Part shown: positions 40,330 to 48,178 of the stretch, one piece after another
Numbering within the stretch: the stretch's first letter is position 1
Layout of the letters: each line of letters starts with the position of its first letter
DNA from: a virus
Taxonomy: Duplodnaviria; Heunggongvirae; Uroviricota; Caudoviricetes
DNA: 64,000 nt
IMG/VR virus record: IMGVR_UViG_3300007177_000114
Direction: 5' to 3' (one strand)
Position numbers and translations under genes: made by a program
Notes under the pieces: generated by a model
The model's database searches: none
Seen by the model: only the letters and a program-made list of their open reading frames with translations
Told to the model about the DNA's origin: nothing

Positions 40330-40733
40330 GAAGCCTCCAAAATATGCTTACAAGAACGCCTAAATCCAAATCCAGGGCAAGTGCAGTTCTTGATCTTGCC
40401 GTTGATAGTCACAGTATATACATTACCTTTAGAGCCATTTACTTTAAAAGTCTTTTTTGTTGATATTTCAATAATTGGCTCTTGTGCTTTATCATCAATA
40501 GACACAACTTGGTGCCTAGGGATAATCCTCATACGAGAGGGAATATTGGCTGTAATGCAAATAGAGTCTTTTTCCACCCACGAAGGAGTAGGAAGAAGAT
40601 CGCCATAAAAGGTATTATATTGTTCGACGTGAAAAAAGCACAAATGCTTCTTATCCCACATTGGATTTTTAGCTACAATTTTCATCACAGCACCAAAAAT
40701 ACAAAAATTAGAAAAGCAAAAACCAAAATCCAA
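40326..40733 (-). CDS. SWIM zinc-finger protein
   Basis: C-terminal CTCPGFGFRRSCKH (CxC...CxH SWIM motif); the true start may be the internal MKIVAKN at 40685. Confidence 0.4.
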   Translation of the reverse strand: MDFGFCFSNFCIFGAVMKIVAKNPMWDKKHLCFFHVEQYNTFYGDLLPTPSWVEKDSICITANIPSRMRIIPRHQVVSIDDKAQEPIIEISTKKTFKVNGSKGNVYTVTINGKIKNCTCPGFGFRRSCKHILEAS

Positions 40734-40742
40734 GTAATTATA

Positions 40743-41081
40743 TCATTGATATCCAATTGCATTTTGATTCATTCTCCATATAAGTTTTGCTGCCATTTTG
40801 GCGATACATACTCCTGTCATTAAAGACCATCCTTCTTGTGCTTCTGTAAGGATTTGATCATCAATTAGAGGCTTGAGATTATATACAATTCTATCCCAGC
40901 TTCGGATATCAATATCATTGAAATTTTCATCTTCAGAGTTAATGATATTGATGTGCCCAATTCTGTTATCTACATATTGTAGTACTTCGTCCGTGATAAA
41001 TTGGCCATAGTACTCATCAAAAGAGCATCGACTATAAAGATAATCCCTACGTGTATACATTATACTGGCTCTAGTTCCCAA
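40743..41081 (-). CDS. hypothetical protein
   Basis: 112-aa ORF. Confidence 0.45.
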   Translation of the reverse strand: MGTRASIMYTRRDYLYSRCSFDEYYGQFITDEVLQYVDNRIGHINIINSEDENFNDIDIRSWDRIVYNLKPLIDDQILTEAQEGWSLMTGVCIAKMAAKLIWRMNQNAIGYQ

Positions 41082-41311
41082 CGTGAAGATATAACTTGTT
41101 CCGGATTAATCCACCGCATATCGGCATTTGGATCATTTTTAGGAATAATAAGAAGCTTGGTTGTATCAATGAAATGAGACTTTACAATCCATTCCTCACC
41201 GAAACGTTTGATAGCACCTTTTTCGGTGTTTCTGGTAGGTTTCCACTTAACGATCTTAATTGACATTTTTAACTCCACTCGGTTCGGTAATCTCGAACGT
41301 GTACCATCCAT
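41060..41311 (-). CDS. hypothetical protein
   Basis: 83-aa ORF overlapping its neighbours by short distances. Confidence 0.4.
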   Translation of the reverse strand: MDGTRSRLPNRVELKMSIKIVKWKPTRNTEKGAIKRFGEEWIVKSHFIDTTKLLIIPKNDPNADMRWINPEQVISSRWELEPV

Positions 41312-41639
41312 CCCAATTCTTTTTTGGCTTCGGCATGGATGGGTCGGTGTAACCGTACTTAGTCATGAGCATCTTAGCGAAGCGGTGGCAGCTCGGCACA
41401 TCGTAGCTCGAAAATGATACACGCCGAACACCAGGCGGCACTACAACCGGGGTCTTACGTTCCTCGAGCATTTCCGGAACCATATTCTTGGTGCTGTTAA
41501 AGAACGGACCCTTTGCAGGTTCAGTCTTAGCCACCACCGGCTTTGGAGTCTTAGAAGCCTTGAAGTGCACCGGTTCATCCGGCACATAAGCGTCATTCTT
41601 GGGCTTGTTCTTAGAACCTTTGGGACGGCCACGAGGCAT
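41256..41639 (-). CDS. basic DNA-binding-like protein (AT-hook-like PRGRPKGSK N-terminus)
   Basis: 127 aa, GC-richer codon usage. Confidence 0.45.
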   Translation of the reverse strand: MPRGRPKGSKNKPKNDAYVPDEPVHFKASKTPKPVVAKTEPAKGPFFNSTKNMVPEMLEERKTPVVVPPGVRRVSFSSYDVPSCHRFAKMLMTKYGYTDPSMPKPKKNWDGWYTFEITEPSGVKNVN

Positions 41640-41791
41640 ATGATATCTCCTGATTACTTTGGAATTATACCAAACTTACAAAAAAAGTCAAGGGTTCTTT
41701 CGGCACCTTGACTCCTTTTCTTGTGTAGGCCTTCTTGTTCTTAACGACTCTCTTATGATACCGAGGGTCAATTAAGACCCTAGCAACAGGG

Positions 41792-42256
41792 TTACGTTTT
41801 ATCGGCTTTCTTTTTTGCATTTTCCTTATACTCCATGAATCGGATATACAGACCTAATTCACGTCCATATGCCTCAATTTCCCACGGCAAATCCCAATAG
41901 TCCGTGGTATGTGTATTTACCATTACGCCACGAAATTTGGTCACGTGAGGCTTGCGTTCGTAATGACGGCTTTCACCGGTAGCATACTGCTTGACATGAA
42001 CCATCTCGTGTGCAAGCGACGTCAGCACTTCCTTGTCCGTGCCGTTGGGGTTGATCTGCAGAACAAACTCACGGGGGCGAGTCAGTTCGTCAATGGGATT
42101 GCAGAGTCCATCCACACCATCATCCTTGAAAATGACCTTGACAGTCAGATGCTTGACCAACTGTCGGTTCATAAGGGTGTTGGCATAGAACTGCACTGCA
42201 TCGTGGATGAGCGTCCGAGAGATCGTTTTCGGGCACTTGTAAACCGAAACCAGCAT
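41792..42256 (-). CDS. SprT-like zinc metalloprotease-domain protein
   Basis: HEMVHVKQY (HExxH) motif; 154 aa. Confidence 0.45.
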   Translation of the reverse strand: MLVSVYKCPKTISRTLIHDAVQFYANTLMNRQLVKHLTVKVIFKDDGVDGLCNPIDELTRPREFVLQINPNGTDKEVLTSLAHEMVHVKQYATGESRHYERKPHVTKFRGVMVNTHTTDYWDLPWEIEAYGRELGLYIRFMEYKENAKKKADKT

Positions 42257-42307
42257 GATTACCTCATAACGTGATACTTGTGGTTATATCCCAATCTGAG
42301 ATTAAAG

Positions 42308-42532
42308 TCAATCGGTAATTTCACGCTTGGAGATGCGCTGCCACTTCTTCCGAGGCTTGCGCCCGGCGCTACCGTCGTAATAGCCATCCTCGTCAAACGA
42401 CGTGCGCCCACCCAGATGCGACAGATTGGTCTTCCGCCTGGACCGCTTCGACATCTTGTCTGCCGAGCTGTGGTAGCGCCCATCCGAGGCGATCGTCACG
42501 TTCATCTTATCCATAGTCCCACCAAAAGTCAT
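42308..42532 (-). CDS. hypothetical basic protein
   Basis: Start at the ATG after the conserved leader (MTFGGTMDKM...). Confidence 0.45.
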   Translation of the reverse strand: MTFGGTMDKMNVTIASDGRYHSSADKMSKRSRRKTNLSHLGGRTSFDEDGYYDGSAGRKPRKKWQRISKREITD

Positions 42533-42559
42533 CTTAGTTACCTCATTCATCATAGTGTC

Positions 42560-42588
42560 TTTATACCACCTGGTCGGATTAAAGTCAA
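42560..42588 (-). promoter_or_regulatory. conserved early promoter, minus strand
   Basis: Reverse complement TTGACTTTAATCCGACCAGGTGGTATAAAG. Confidence 0.5.
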
Positions 42589-42950
42589 CCCAAGGAAATC
42601 AATACGTTAGCCTTAACCCATTGAAAAGATTATAAAAACTTTTTTGAACTTTTTTGCATGGGTTTGGCGAGCAGCAGGAGCTCGACATCATTAAGACGGT
42701 AAAACTTAATCTTTTCAATAGGTTAGCATATCCTCAGAATGTAAGGAAATCAATGGGTTAGGCTATAAGAACGGCTCTCGGCAGTCTAAGTCACCTAAGC
42801 GGTATGATAACCCTCTTAGAACCGCTTAGACTGCCGAGAGCCCGGCATAGATGCTAACCCATTGAAAAGATTATATACTGAAAAAAAGTTCAAAAAATAT
42901 TTTCAATCATATCAATCACTTAGCGCTAACCCATTGATATCATTAGGTTG
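42587..42950. repeat. iteron/operator-like region C
   Basis: TCAATACGTTA-GCCT-TAACCCATTGA, TCAATCACTTA-GCGC-TAACCCATTGA and further TCAATGGGTTA / TAACCCATTGA copies; hairpin CTCGGCAGTCTAAG...CTTAGACTGCCGAG; shares the 17-nt prefix AACCCAAGGAAATCAAT with region A. Confidence 0.6.
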
Positions 42951-42976
42951 ACTTTTAAATTAGGTTGAGGTATAAA
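42948..42976 (+). promoter_or_regulatory. conserved early promoter
   Basis: TTGACTTTTAAATTAGGTTGAGGTATAAAG plus leader GACTATGAACAAGGTGACAAACATG. Confidence 0.55.
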
Positions 42977-43000
42977 GAGACTATGAACAAGGTGACAAAC

Positions 43001-43237
43001 ATGACCGACTCCACCGACCGCCTCCTCGGCTGCATCCGTATCTCGCCCGAGGGTGAGTACCACCCCGGCAAGTACACCATCGAGACGTTCGGCTACTGGA
43101 ACCAGGATGAACCGTCCTGGGGCATGCCGGCATGGGACGAGCGTGGGTGGTCTGAGTTTGCCACCCACTTCGACTCTTATGCCATGGCCGAGAAGGCTAT
43201 TGCGGATTCGTGGTGGAATCCGGATTGGATCGCCTAA
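43001..43237 (+). CDS. hypothetical protein
   Basis: ATG 43001 (MTDSTDRLLGCIRISPEGEY...). Confidence 0.5.
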   Translation: MTDSTDRLLGCIRISPEGEYHPGKYTIETFGYWNQDEPSWGMPAWDERGWSEFATHFDSYAMAEKAIADSWWNPDWIA

Positions 43238-43245
43238 AACTTCTG

Positions 43246-43274
43246 TTGACTTTAATCTCAGCTGATGGTATAAA
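43246..43274 (+). promoter_or_regulatory. conserved early promoter
   Basis: TTGACTTTAATCTCAGCTGATGGTATAAAG. Confidence 0.5.
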
Positions 43275-43301
43275 GAGACTATGATGAATGAGGGAACTAA
43301 G

Positions 43302-43508
43302 ATGATCAAGGCCACTCCTGCAATGATCCGGTTTATCAAGATGCTTCCGGCCGACCAGCGGATCACGGCGGCTCTTCGTGCCGAAAACGTCTATGCTGCT
43401 GCCCTGGCACAGCTGACCAAGTTCGACGACTTCAGCCATGAGCAAAACGTTGCCATGGCATTTGAGGCCGCTGAGGCCGAACTGGCTTATATGGCCAACC
43501 AATCTTAA
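43302..43508 (+). CDS. hypothetical protein
   Basis: ATG 43302 (MIKATPAMIRFIK...). Confidence 0.5.
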   Translation: MIKATPAMIRFIKMLPADQRITAALRAENVYAAALAQLTKFDDFSHEQNVAMAFEAAEAELAYMANQS

Positions 43509-43518
43509 GGTAACACAT

Positions 43519-43716
43519 ATGTTAAAAACTCTTTCTCTCTTGGCTGCTTCAGTAGCCCTTGCTGGTTGCGTTGCAGTGCCCGTGGATCAAGTCTACGTAG
43601 CACCCACCCCAGTTTACGTGTCACCACCTGTAATCTATTCCCCACCGGTTTATATGCCCTACTATAGGCACCATTATAGACCTCGTGTATATCGTCACGG
43701 TTCTTGGATTTATTAA
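43519..43716 (+). CDS. small lipoprotein, Tyr/Pro-rich
   Basis: TAAGGTAA RBS; signal peptide plus lipobox LAGC; PVYVSPPVIYSPPVYMPYYRHHYRPRVYRH. Confidence 0.5.
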   Translation: MLKTLSLLAASVALAGCVAVPVDQVYVAPTPVYVSPPVIYSPPVYMPYYRHHYRPRVYRHGSWIY

Positions 43717-43718
43717 AC

Positions 43719-43895
43719 GTGCTTAAAGTTGAAGTTCCTCTAACACATGAGGCAGAAATTGCATGGATTATTTGTAATAATAAAGTGCGTAATAAATTAG
43801 GGAAGTATATAGAACAGAAACTTGTCTTAAATACTGAATTTATAGATGAATTACAAACACCCATTATACTTGAGTACAATGAACTCAATGCGTAA
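43719..43895 (+). CDS. hypothetical small protein (GTG start)
   Basis: No ATG in frame; overlaps the next candidate ORF. Confidence 0.25.
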   Translation: MLKVEVPLTHEAEIAWIICNNKVRNKLGKYIEQKLVLNTEFIDELQTPIILEYNELNA

Positions 43896-44082
43896 AAGTT
43901 TTTATCTTAAAGATAATGTCTGGGACTCAATGTATGATATCGTCGATTTCAGAGTAAGATTAGGCATACAAAATAAAATTTCTAAAATTGTAAGACACCA
44001 AACGGAAGATATTATAACATTCGAGGTTAAACAAACAATCAGTGACTATTTACGTGAACCAGGTTATAGTATACAACGTTAA
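43879..44082 (+). CDS. hypothetical small protein
   Basis: Internal ATG of track ORF 43846..44082, chosen to minimise overlap. Confidence 0.3.
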   Translation: MNSMRKSFYLKDNVWDSMYDIVDFRVRLGIQNKISKIVRHQTEDIITFEVKQTISDYLREPGYSIQR

Positions 44083-44245
44083 AGAAAAACCATGGACTAG
44101 TGCATATAATAAGACATGGGAATGGCGTAAAGATGCATATGGTAGTAGAAAAATTGTTGCTACCATTATGGCACGTACTGGGATAAATGACCTGATTGTA
44201 GTCTTATATGATGCCTTTAAGGATCTAGATAATGCAACTTCTTAA
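44042..44245 (+). CDS. hypothetical small protein (GTG start)
   Basis: Track ORF; 41-nt overlap with the previous candidate. Confidence 0.3.
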   Translation: MTIYVNQVIVYNVKEKPWTSAYNKTWEWRKDAYGSRKIVATIMARTGINDLIVVLYDAFKDLDNATS

Positions 44246-44266
44246 TTTATTTGTGGTTGGTGTATA

Positions 44267-44461
44267 ATGGAATGTAACTGTGAGAAGCAGGGTGTTTCTC
44301 GTACTACGGCCTTTCACAACAGCAGTGGACGAGGAAAAGGCAAGTCGTTTTGTTGCTACAACTGTGACTCGTGGTTCAGTCATCGTAAAACTGATGACAA
44401 GCATAAGAAGCGCCAGAAGGTTCGACGTGTGAAGCCCTCTCACCGGGATTGGCAAGAGTGA
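44267..44461 (+). CDS. small basic cysteine-rich (zinc-binding-like) protein
   Basis: CNCEK ... CCYNCDSWFSH; 64 aa. Confidence 0.45.
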   Translation: MECNCEKQGVSRTTAFHNSSGRGKGKSFCCYNCDSWFSHRKTDDKHKKRQKVRRVKPSHRDWQE

Positions 44462-44841
44462 TGCAACTCCTTAAACCATATATCAATAATGTTGGTTCAA
44501 CTAAATCCAAACCAAGTGCTAAGCAATTGCAAGCCAAAGCAGAGCATGAGGCTTGGCTTAAGCGTAATGGTGTGCATCCGAATCAACTGAAGCACAAACC
44601 TAAGACCAAAAATGCTTTGCCCTCTTATAAGACAGAGAAGGTTCAACTCTCAAATACTATTATGGATGGTGGCCGTGATAAATCCATCATGTCTAATCTC
44701 TACAAGGAATCGGCCGCAGTTCAGCGTATGATCCTTGATAAGGCTAAGCGTACTGAGATAGCCTATAATAAAGGTGGTCTTGTTTACGTGACTGATGATA
44801 TGGATATTAAAACAATGGGCAGTAGGAGCCGACGGCCGTGA
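44449..44841 (+). CDS. hypothetical protein
   Basis: 130-aa ORF translationally coupled to the next gene. Confidence 0.5.
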   Translation: MARVMQLLKPYINNVGSTKSKPSAKQLQAKAEHEAWLKRNGVHPNQLKHKPKTKNALPSYKTEKVQLSNTIMDGGRDKSIMSNLYKESAAVQRMILDKAKRTEIAYNKGGLVYVTDDMDIKTMGSRSRRP

Positions 44842-45350
44842 GTACTATTTTTCTTATTAGTGATACCCATTTTGGGCATGCTAATATCATCAACTTTCTA
44901 AATGAGGATGGGACTCGTGTTCGACCTCACTGGAATAACGTTGATGATATGGATGAGGATATGATCAATCGTTGGAATCATATCGTAAGTCCTAATGATA
45001 AGGTGTATCATCTTGGTGATGTGGTGATGAACCGTCGTTATCTAAAACTGGTCGAGCGACTGAATGGTAAAAAGGAATTAGTTCTAGGCAATCATGATAT
45101 TTTTGACACTACGGATTTCTTAAAATACTTCAAGCGTGTTCATGGGTCTGTGAAGTTTGATAATTTAATTCTTACACACATTCCTATTCACCCCAATCAA
45201 CTTGAACGCTGGACTCTAGGAAACGTCCACGGCCACGTTCATTGTAAATCTCTTGATGATCCACGTTACAAGAATGTCTCTGTGGAAGTTATTGACTATA
45301 CACCTATTTCTATGGAAGAAATTTTAAAAGAAATGCGTGAAAAATCATAA
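44838..45350 (+). CDS. calcineurin-like metallophosphoesterase (Ser/Thr phosphatase-like)
   Basis: Motifs DTHFGH, GDVV and GNHD; 170 aa. Confidence 0.7.
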   Translation: MSTIFLISDTHFGHANIINFLNEDGTRVRPHWNNVDDMDEDMINRWNHIVSPNDKVYHLGDVVMNRRYLKLVERLNGKKELVLGNHDIFDTTDFLKYFKRVHGSVKFDNLILTHIPIHPNQLERWTLGNVHGHVHCKSLDDPRYKNVSVEVIDYTPISMEEILKEMREKS

Positions 45351-45425
45351 AATTTCAATAAATAAATATTGACTTTTTCTCAAAGTCGTGTATAATTCCT
45401 ATTGAGGATAAAAGGAGATATTGAT

Positions 45426-45617
45426 ATGGCTACCGCAAAAAAGAACCAGTTTATTGTAACCTTTACCCATAGGGTTACCGACACTGCATCGCCGGATTAT
45501 GGTTATGCGGTTGAAAAGACTCTGGAATTCAAGTCATTTGATGCGGCGCATATGTTTATCCGAAGCCTCACAAATGTAAATCTAATCGGCAAGCCTGTTA
45601 TTGAGGAGATCAATTGA
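45426..45617 (+). CDS. hypothetical small protein
   Basis: AAGGAG RBS; promoter TTGACT-N16-TATAAT at 45370-45398. Confidence 0.45.
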   Translation: MATAKKNQFIVTFTHRVTDTASPDYGYAVEKTLEFKSFDAAHMFIRSLTNVNLIGKPVIEEIN

Positions 45618-45728
45618 TATGAGCAAGATGAAGATGATTACCCGGTATGACACTGCAACACACACTTGGATTCTGGGATACTACAATAATTGGCGTTGGA
45701 TTACTGTTGCATCTTGGAAGGATGCCGC

Positions 45729-46013
45729 TTAATCTTCTGAACTAGTTTCGGTGGCCATTTTAGCTTTTTCAAGAAAGGCTTTAATGGCCACCAAACTGTT
45801 TTTACATTCTAGATTATTAGAATGAAGTTGAATTAACAGTTTAGCAACTTGTATATCTGTGAGTGTTTCCGGATTTGGAAATAAAGTAATTACAGGGCAT
45901 CTATACATCTGAACATCTGGTAGTACTACTATCTGTTTTTGTGTAGTGATAAATTGTGTTGGTTCAGAACCACAAGCACACAAAACTAACAGTACAGGTA
46001 CTAAGTACTTCAT
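45729..46013 (-). CDS. lipoprotein
   Basis: Signal peptide MKYLVPVLLVLCACGSEP (lipobox). Confidence 0.5.
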   Translation of the reverse strand: MKYLVPVLLVLCACGSEPTQFITTQKQIVVLPDVQMYRCPVITLFPNPETLTDIQVAKLLIQLHSNNLECKNSLVAIKAFLEKAKMATETSSED

Positions 46014-46384
46014 TTGGATTCTCCAGATCTAGCTAATTGTTCTATTGTCTTTTTAAGAATAGCTGATGCAGGTCTATCGCTGCTTTTAGCATCAGCTGAA
46101 TTTAAATATGAAGATACAGAATCAAGTTTTCTAGTGATCTTTTGATTTTCAATCAATAAATCTTGTGCAGCTTCTTGTTGTGCTTTGGTTATTAATTCTT
46201 GATTTTTTAGAAATTCTTGTTGATCTTTAAGACTTTGTTCCATCTGTCGTTGATTGAATTCTAAAAGAGCTTGGCGTTCAACGTCTCGTTTCCATAGATA
46301 ATATAAACCGATAGTTGATCCAAATAAAGTTACACCAATAAATATGTATATTATTAGTTTACTTCCGCTGAATAATTCCCACAT
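46010..46384 (-). CDS. membrane-anchored coiled-coil protein
   Basis: N-terminal TM helix LIIYIFIGVTLFGSTIGLYYLW then a Q/E-rich coiled coil. Confidence 0.5.
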   Translation of the reverse strand: MWELFSGSKLIIYIFIGVTLFGSTIGLYYLWKRDVERQALLEFNQRQMEQSLKDQQEFLKNQELITKAQQEAAQDLLIENQKITRKLDSVSSYLNSADAKSSDRPASAILKKTIEQLARSGESK

Positions 46385-46439
46385 ATTTTTTTCCTTAAGG
46401 ATTTCTAGAATGTATATTTTAGAGGAAGACTTTGTAAAG

Positions 46440-46601
46440 ATGGCTTCTGAAGATTTTGAATATGGAGATGCATATGAGCACCTATTGGCTGTAGGTAAAG
46501 AATTTAAAGATGCCGGTTTGACACCAATCTATATTTATGATCCAGACGAAAATAGCGTCTATGTAACAACAAAAGAAAAAAGTGAGAATACTTTTCACTG
46601 A
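46440..46601 (+). CDS. hypothetical small protein
   Basis: Internal ATG (MASEDFEYGDAYEH...) of track ORF 46344..46601. Confidence 0.3.
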   Translation: MASEDFEYGDAYEHLLAVGKEFKDAGLTPIYIYDPDENSVYVTTKEKSENTFH

Positions 46602-46696
46602 CCGTTGACAAATTTGCATTTTGGTGTATAAATATAAATGGGATTGCCTAATGGGATCCCATTTATATTAACCTTGCTTTTAGGAGGTAACTCACA

Positions 46697-47146
46697 ATGA
46701 ATATGAAAACATATAATTTTAACACAAATAATCTAGATCGTTATATTGTAGGTCTAGATAATGTAATGAAGAAGATGGCTGAAGGCGCTTCTATTATGGC
46801 TAATACAGCATTAACTAGTTTTCCACCGTATAATATTAAGAAAATCGAAGATAACAAGTATGTAATTGAGATGGCTGTTGCTGGATTTGGCAAGCAAGAT
46901 CTAGAAATTACACTTGAAGATAGCAAGCTCTTGATTAAGGGAAATACAACATCCTCAACTGAAGATACAGAAAAGTCACAATATCTTTATCAAGGAATTG
47001 CTGCACGACCATTTACTCGAGCATTTACACTTGCAGATAATGTTGAAATAAATAATGCCGAACTTGTCAATGGAATGCTTCGTGTGTGGCTAGATTGTTT
47101 AGTGCCACAACCTAATGTCAAGAAGATTGACGTAATCGAAAAATAA
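46697..47146 (+). CDS. small heat-shock protein (Hsp20/alpha-crystallin family)
   Basis: IEMAVAGFGKQDLEITLEDSKLLIKG ... alpha-crystallin domain; TAGGAGGTAA RBS; sigma70-like promoter plus TATAAATA box at 46605-46635. Confidence 0.7.
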   Translation: MNMKTYNFNTNNLDRYIVGLDNVMKKMAEGASIMANTALTSFPPYNIKKIEDNKYVIEMAVAGFGKQDLEITLEDSKLLIKGNTTSSTEDTEKSQYLYQGIAARPFTRAFTLADNVEINNAELVNGMLRVWLDCLVPQPNVKKIDVIEK

Positions 47147-47163
47147 ACTAAAAGAGAATACAA

Positions 47164-47340
47164 ATGTTTAAAACTTTCTGGAGTCGCCTGAAAAAGCGAC
47201 TCCTTGCTTTTGATGCATATCACAGTGCATACAATGATTTAAATCGTCTTTCAGATAGAAACTTGGCTGATATCGGTATCACACGAAGTGATATTGATTT
47301 ATATGCTACTAGAGCTTATTATAAAGCTAAAGAGGGATAA
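47164..47340 (+). CDS. DUF1127-like small protein
   Basis: DLNRLSDRNLADIGITRSDIDLY matches the RLSDRELxDIGLxRxDI signature of DUF1127 proteins; the 5' region contains the Hsp20 terminator hairpin. Confidence 0.4.
   Translation: MFKTFWSRLKKRLLAFDAYHSAYNDLNRLSDRNLADIGITRSDIDLYATRAYYKAKEG
47180..47212 (+). terminator. rho-independent terminator after the Hsp20 gene
   Basis: GGAGTCGC-CTGAAAAA-GCGACTCC then TTGCTTTTG. Confidence 0.5.
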
Positions 47341-47476
47341 TATGTTACATAAATTACTTGAGCTATTAGCGATTTATGTTGAATCGCTAAATAACAAGCC
47401 AGTCAAGGACAACCGTGAGGCAAAATCTCTAAGACGAGAGATTGAATGCAAACAAACACCGCATATACTCTAAATA

Positions 47477-47503
47477 TTGGGGCAGAAATGCCCCTTTATT
47501 TTT
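47477..47503 (+). terminator. rho-independent terminator
   Basis: GGGGCA-GAAA-TGCCCC then TTTATTTTT. Confidence 0.6.
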
Positions 47504-47514
47504 AGGAGAAAATT

Positions 47515-48126
47515 ATGATTACATTAAATTTATTGCAGCGTTTATTTCCAAGAACTAAAATCACAATATTGGAATCTTATATTAAACCGCTAAACGATGT
47601 CTGTGGAAATTATGCAATTAATACCAATGAAAGAATTGCAATGTTTTTGGCTCAAATAGGACATGAGTCTGGTGGTCTAAGTGTTATTGAAGAAAATCTA
47701 AATTATAGAGCAGAACGTCTAGGCGTAGTCTTTCCAAAATATTTTAGAGATGTAAATGTTGCAGATTATGCAAATAAACCAGAAAAAATTGCTAATAGAG
47801 TCTATGCAAATAGAATGGGTAACGGCCCTGAATCATCTGGTGATGGTTTTAAATTTCGTGGCCGTGGATTAATCCAACTTACAGGCAAAAGCAATTACAA
47901 TTCTTTTGCATCTGACATGAAAATGTCACTCGATCAAACAATTAAGTATCTTTCCACTCCCATGGGTGCAACTATGTCTGCTGGGTGGTTTTGGGATAAG
48001 AATAATCTAAATCAGTGGGCTGATAACTCAGATGTTTTAACTGTTACCAGAAAGATCAATGGCGGCACTAATGGATTGGAAGAAAGAAATCATCTGTTTA
48101 AGCAAGCCTTAGCCATTTTGAATTGA
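47515..48126 (+). CDS. glycoside hydrolase family 19 (chitinase-like) endolysin
   Basis: FLAQIGHESGGL and FRGRGLIQLTGKSNY GH19 signature motifs; AGGAGAAAATTATG RBS. Confidence 0.75.
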   Translation: MITLNLLQRLFPRTKITILESYIKPLNDVCGNYAINTNERIAMFLAQIGHESGGLSVIEENLNYRAERLGVVFPKYFRDVNVADYANKPEKIANRVYANRMGNGPESSGDGFKFRGRGLIQLTGKSNYNSFASDMKMSLDQTIKYLSTPMGATMSAGWFWDKNNLNQWADNSDVLTVTRKINGGTNGLEERNHLFKQALAILN

Positions 48127-48178
48127 CAGTTCTACTAAATGATGGTATTATTAATCCTGGTATTCTAGGAGAATTTCT

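Noticed and set aside
9919-43508. Conserved N-terminal peptides (MRYKETMNKVTNM, MMNEGTKM) shared by many small ORFs in the track, suggesting a protein family or signal sequence
   Set aside because: They arise from translating the conserved promoter -10/leader DNA from alternative TTG/GTG starts. The real starts are the ATGs after the conserved Shine-Dalgarno, and the downstream protein sequences are unrelated.
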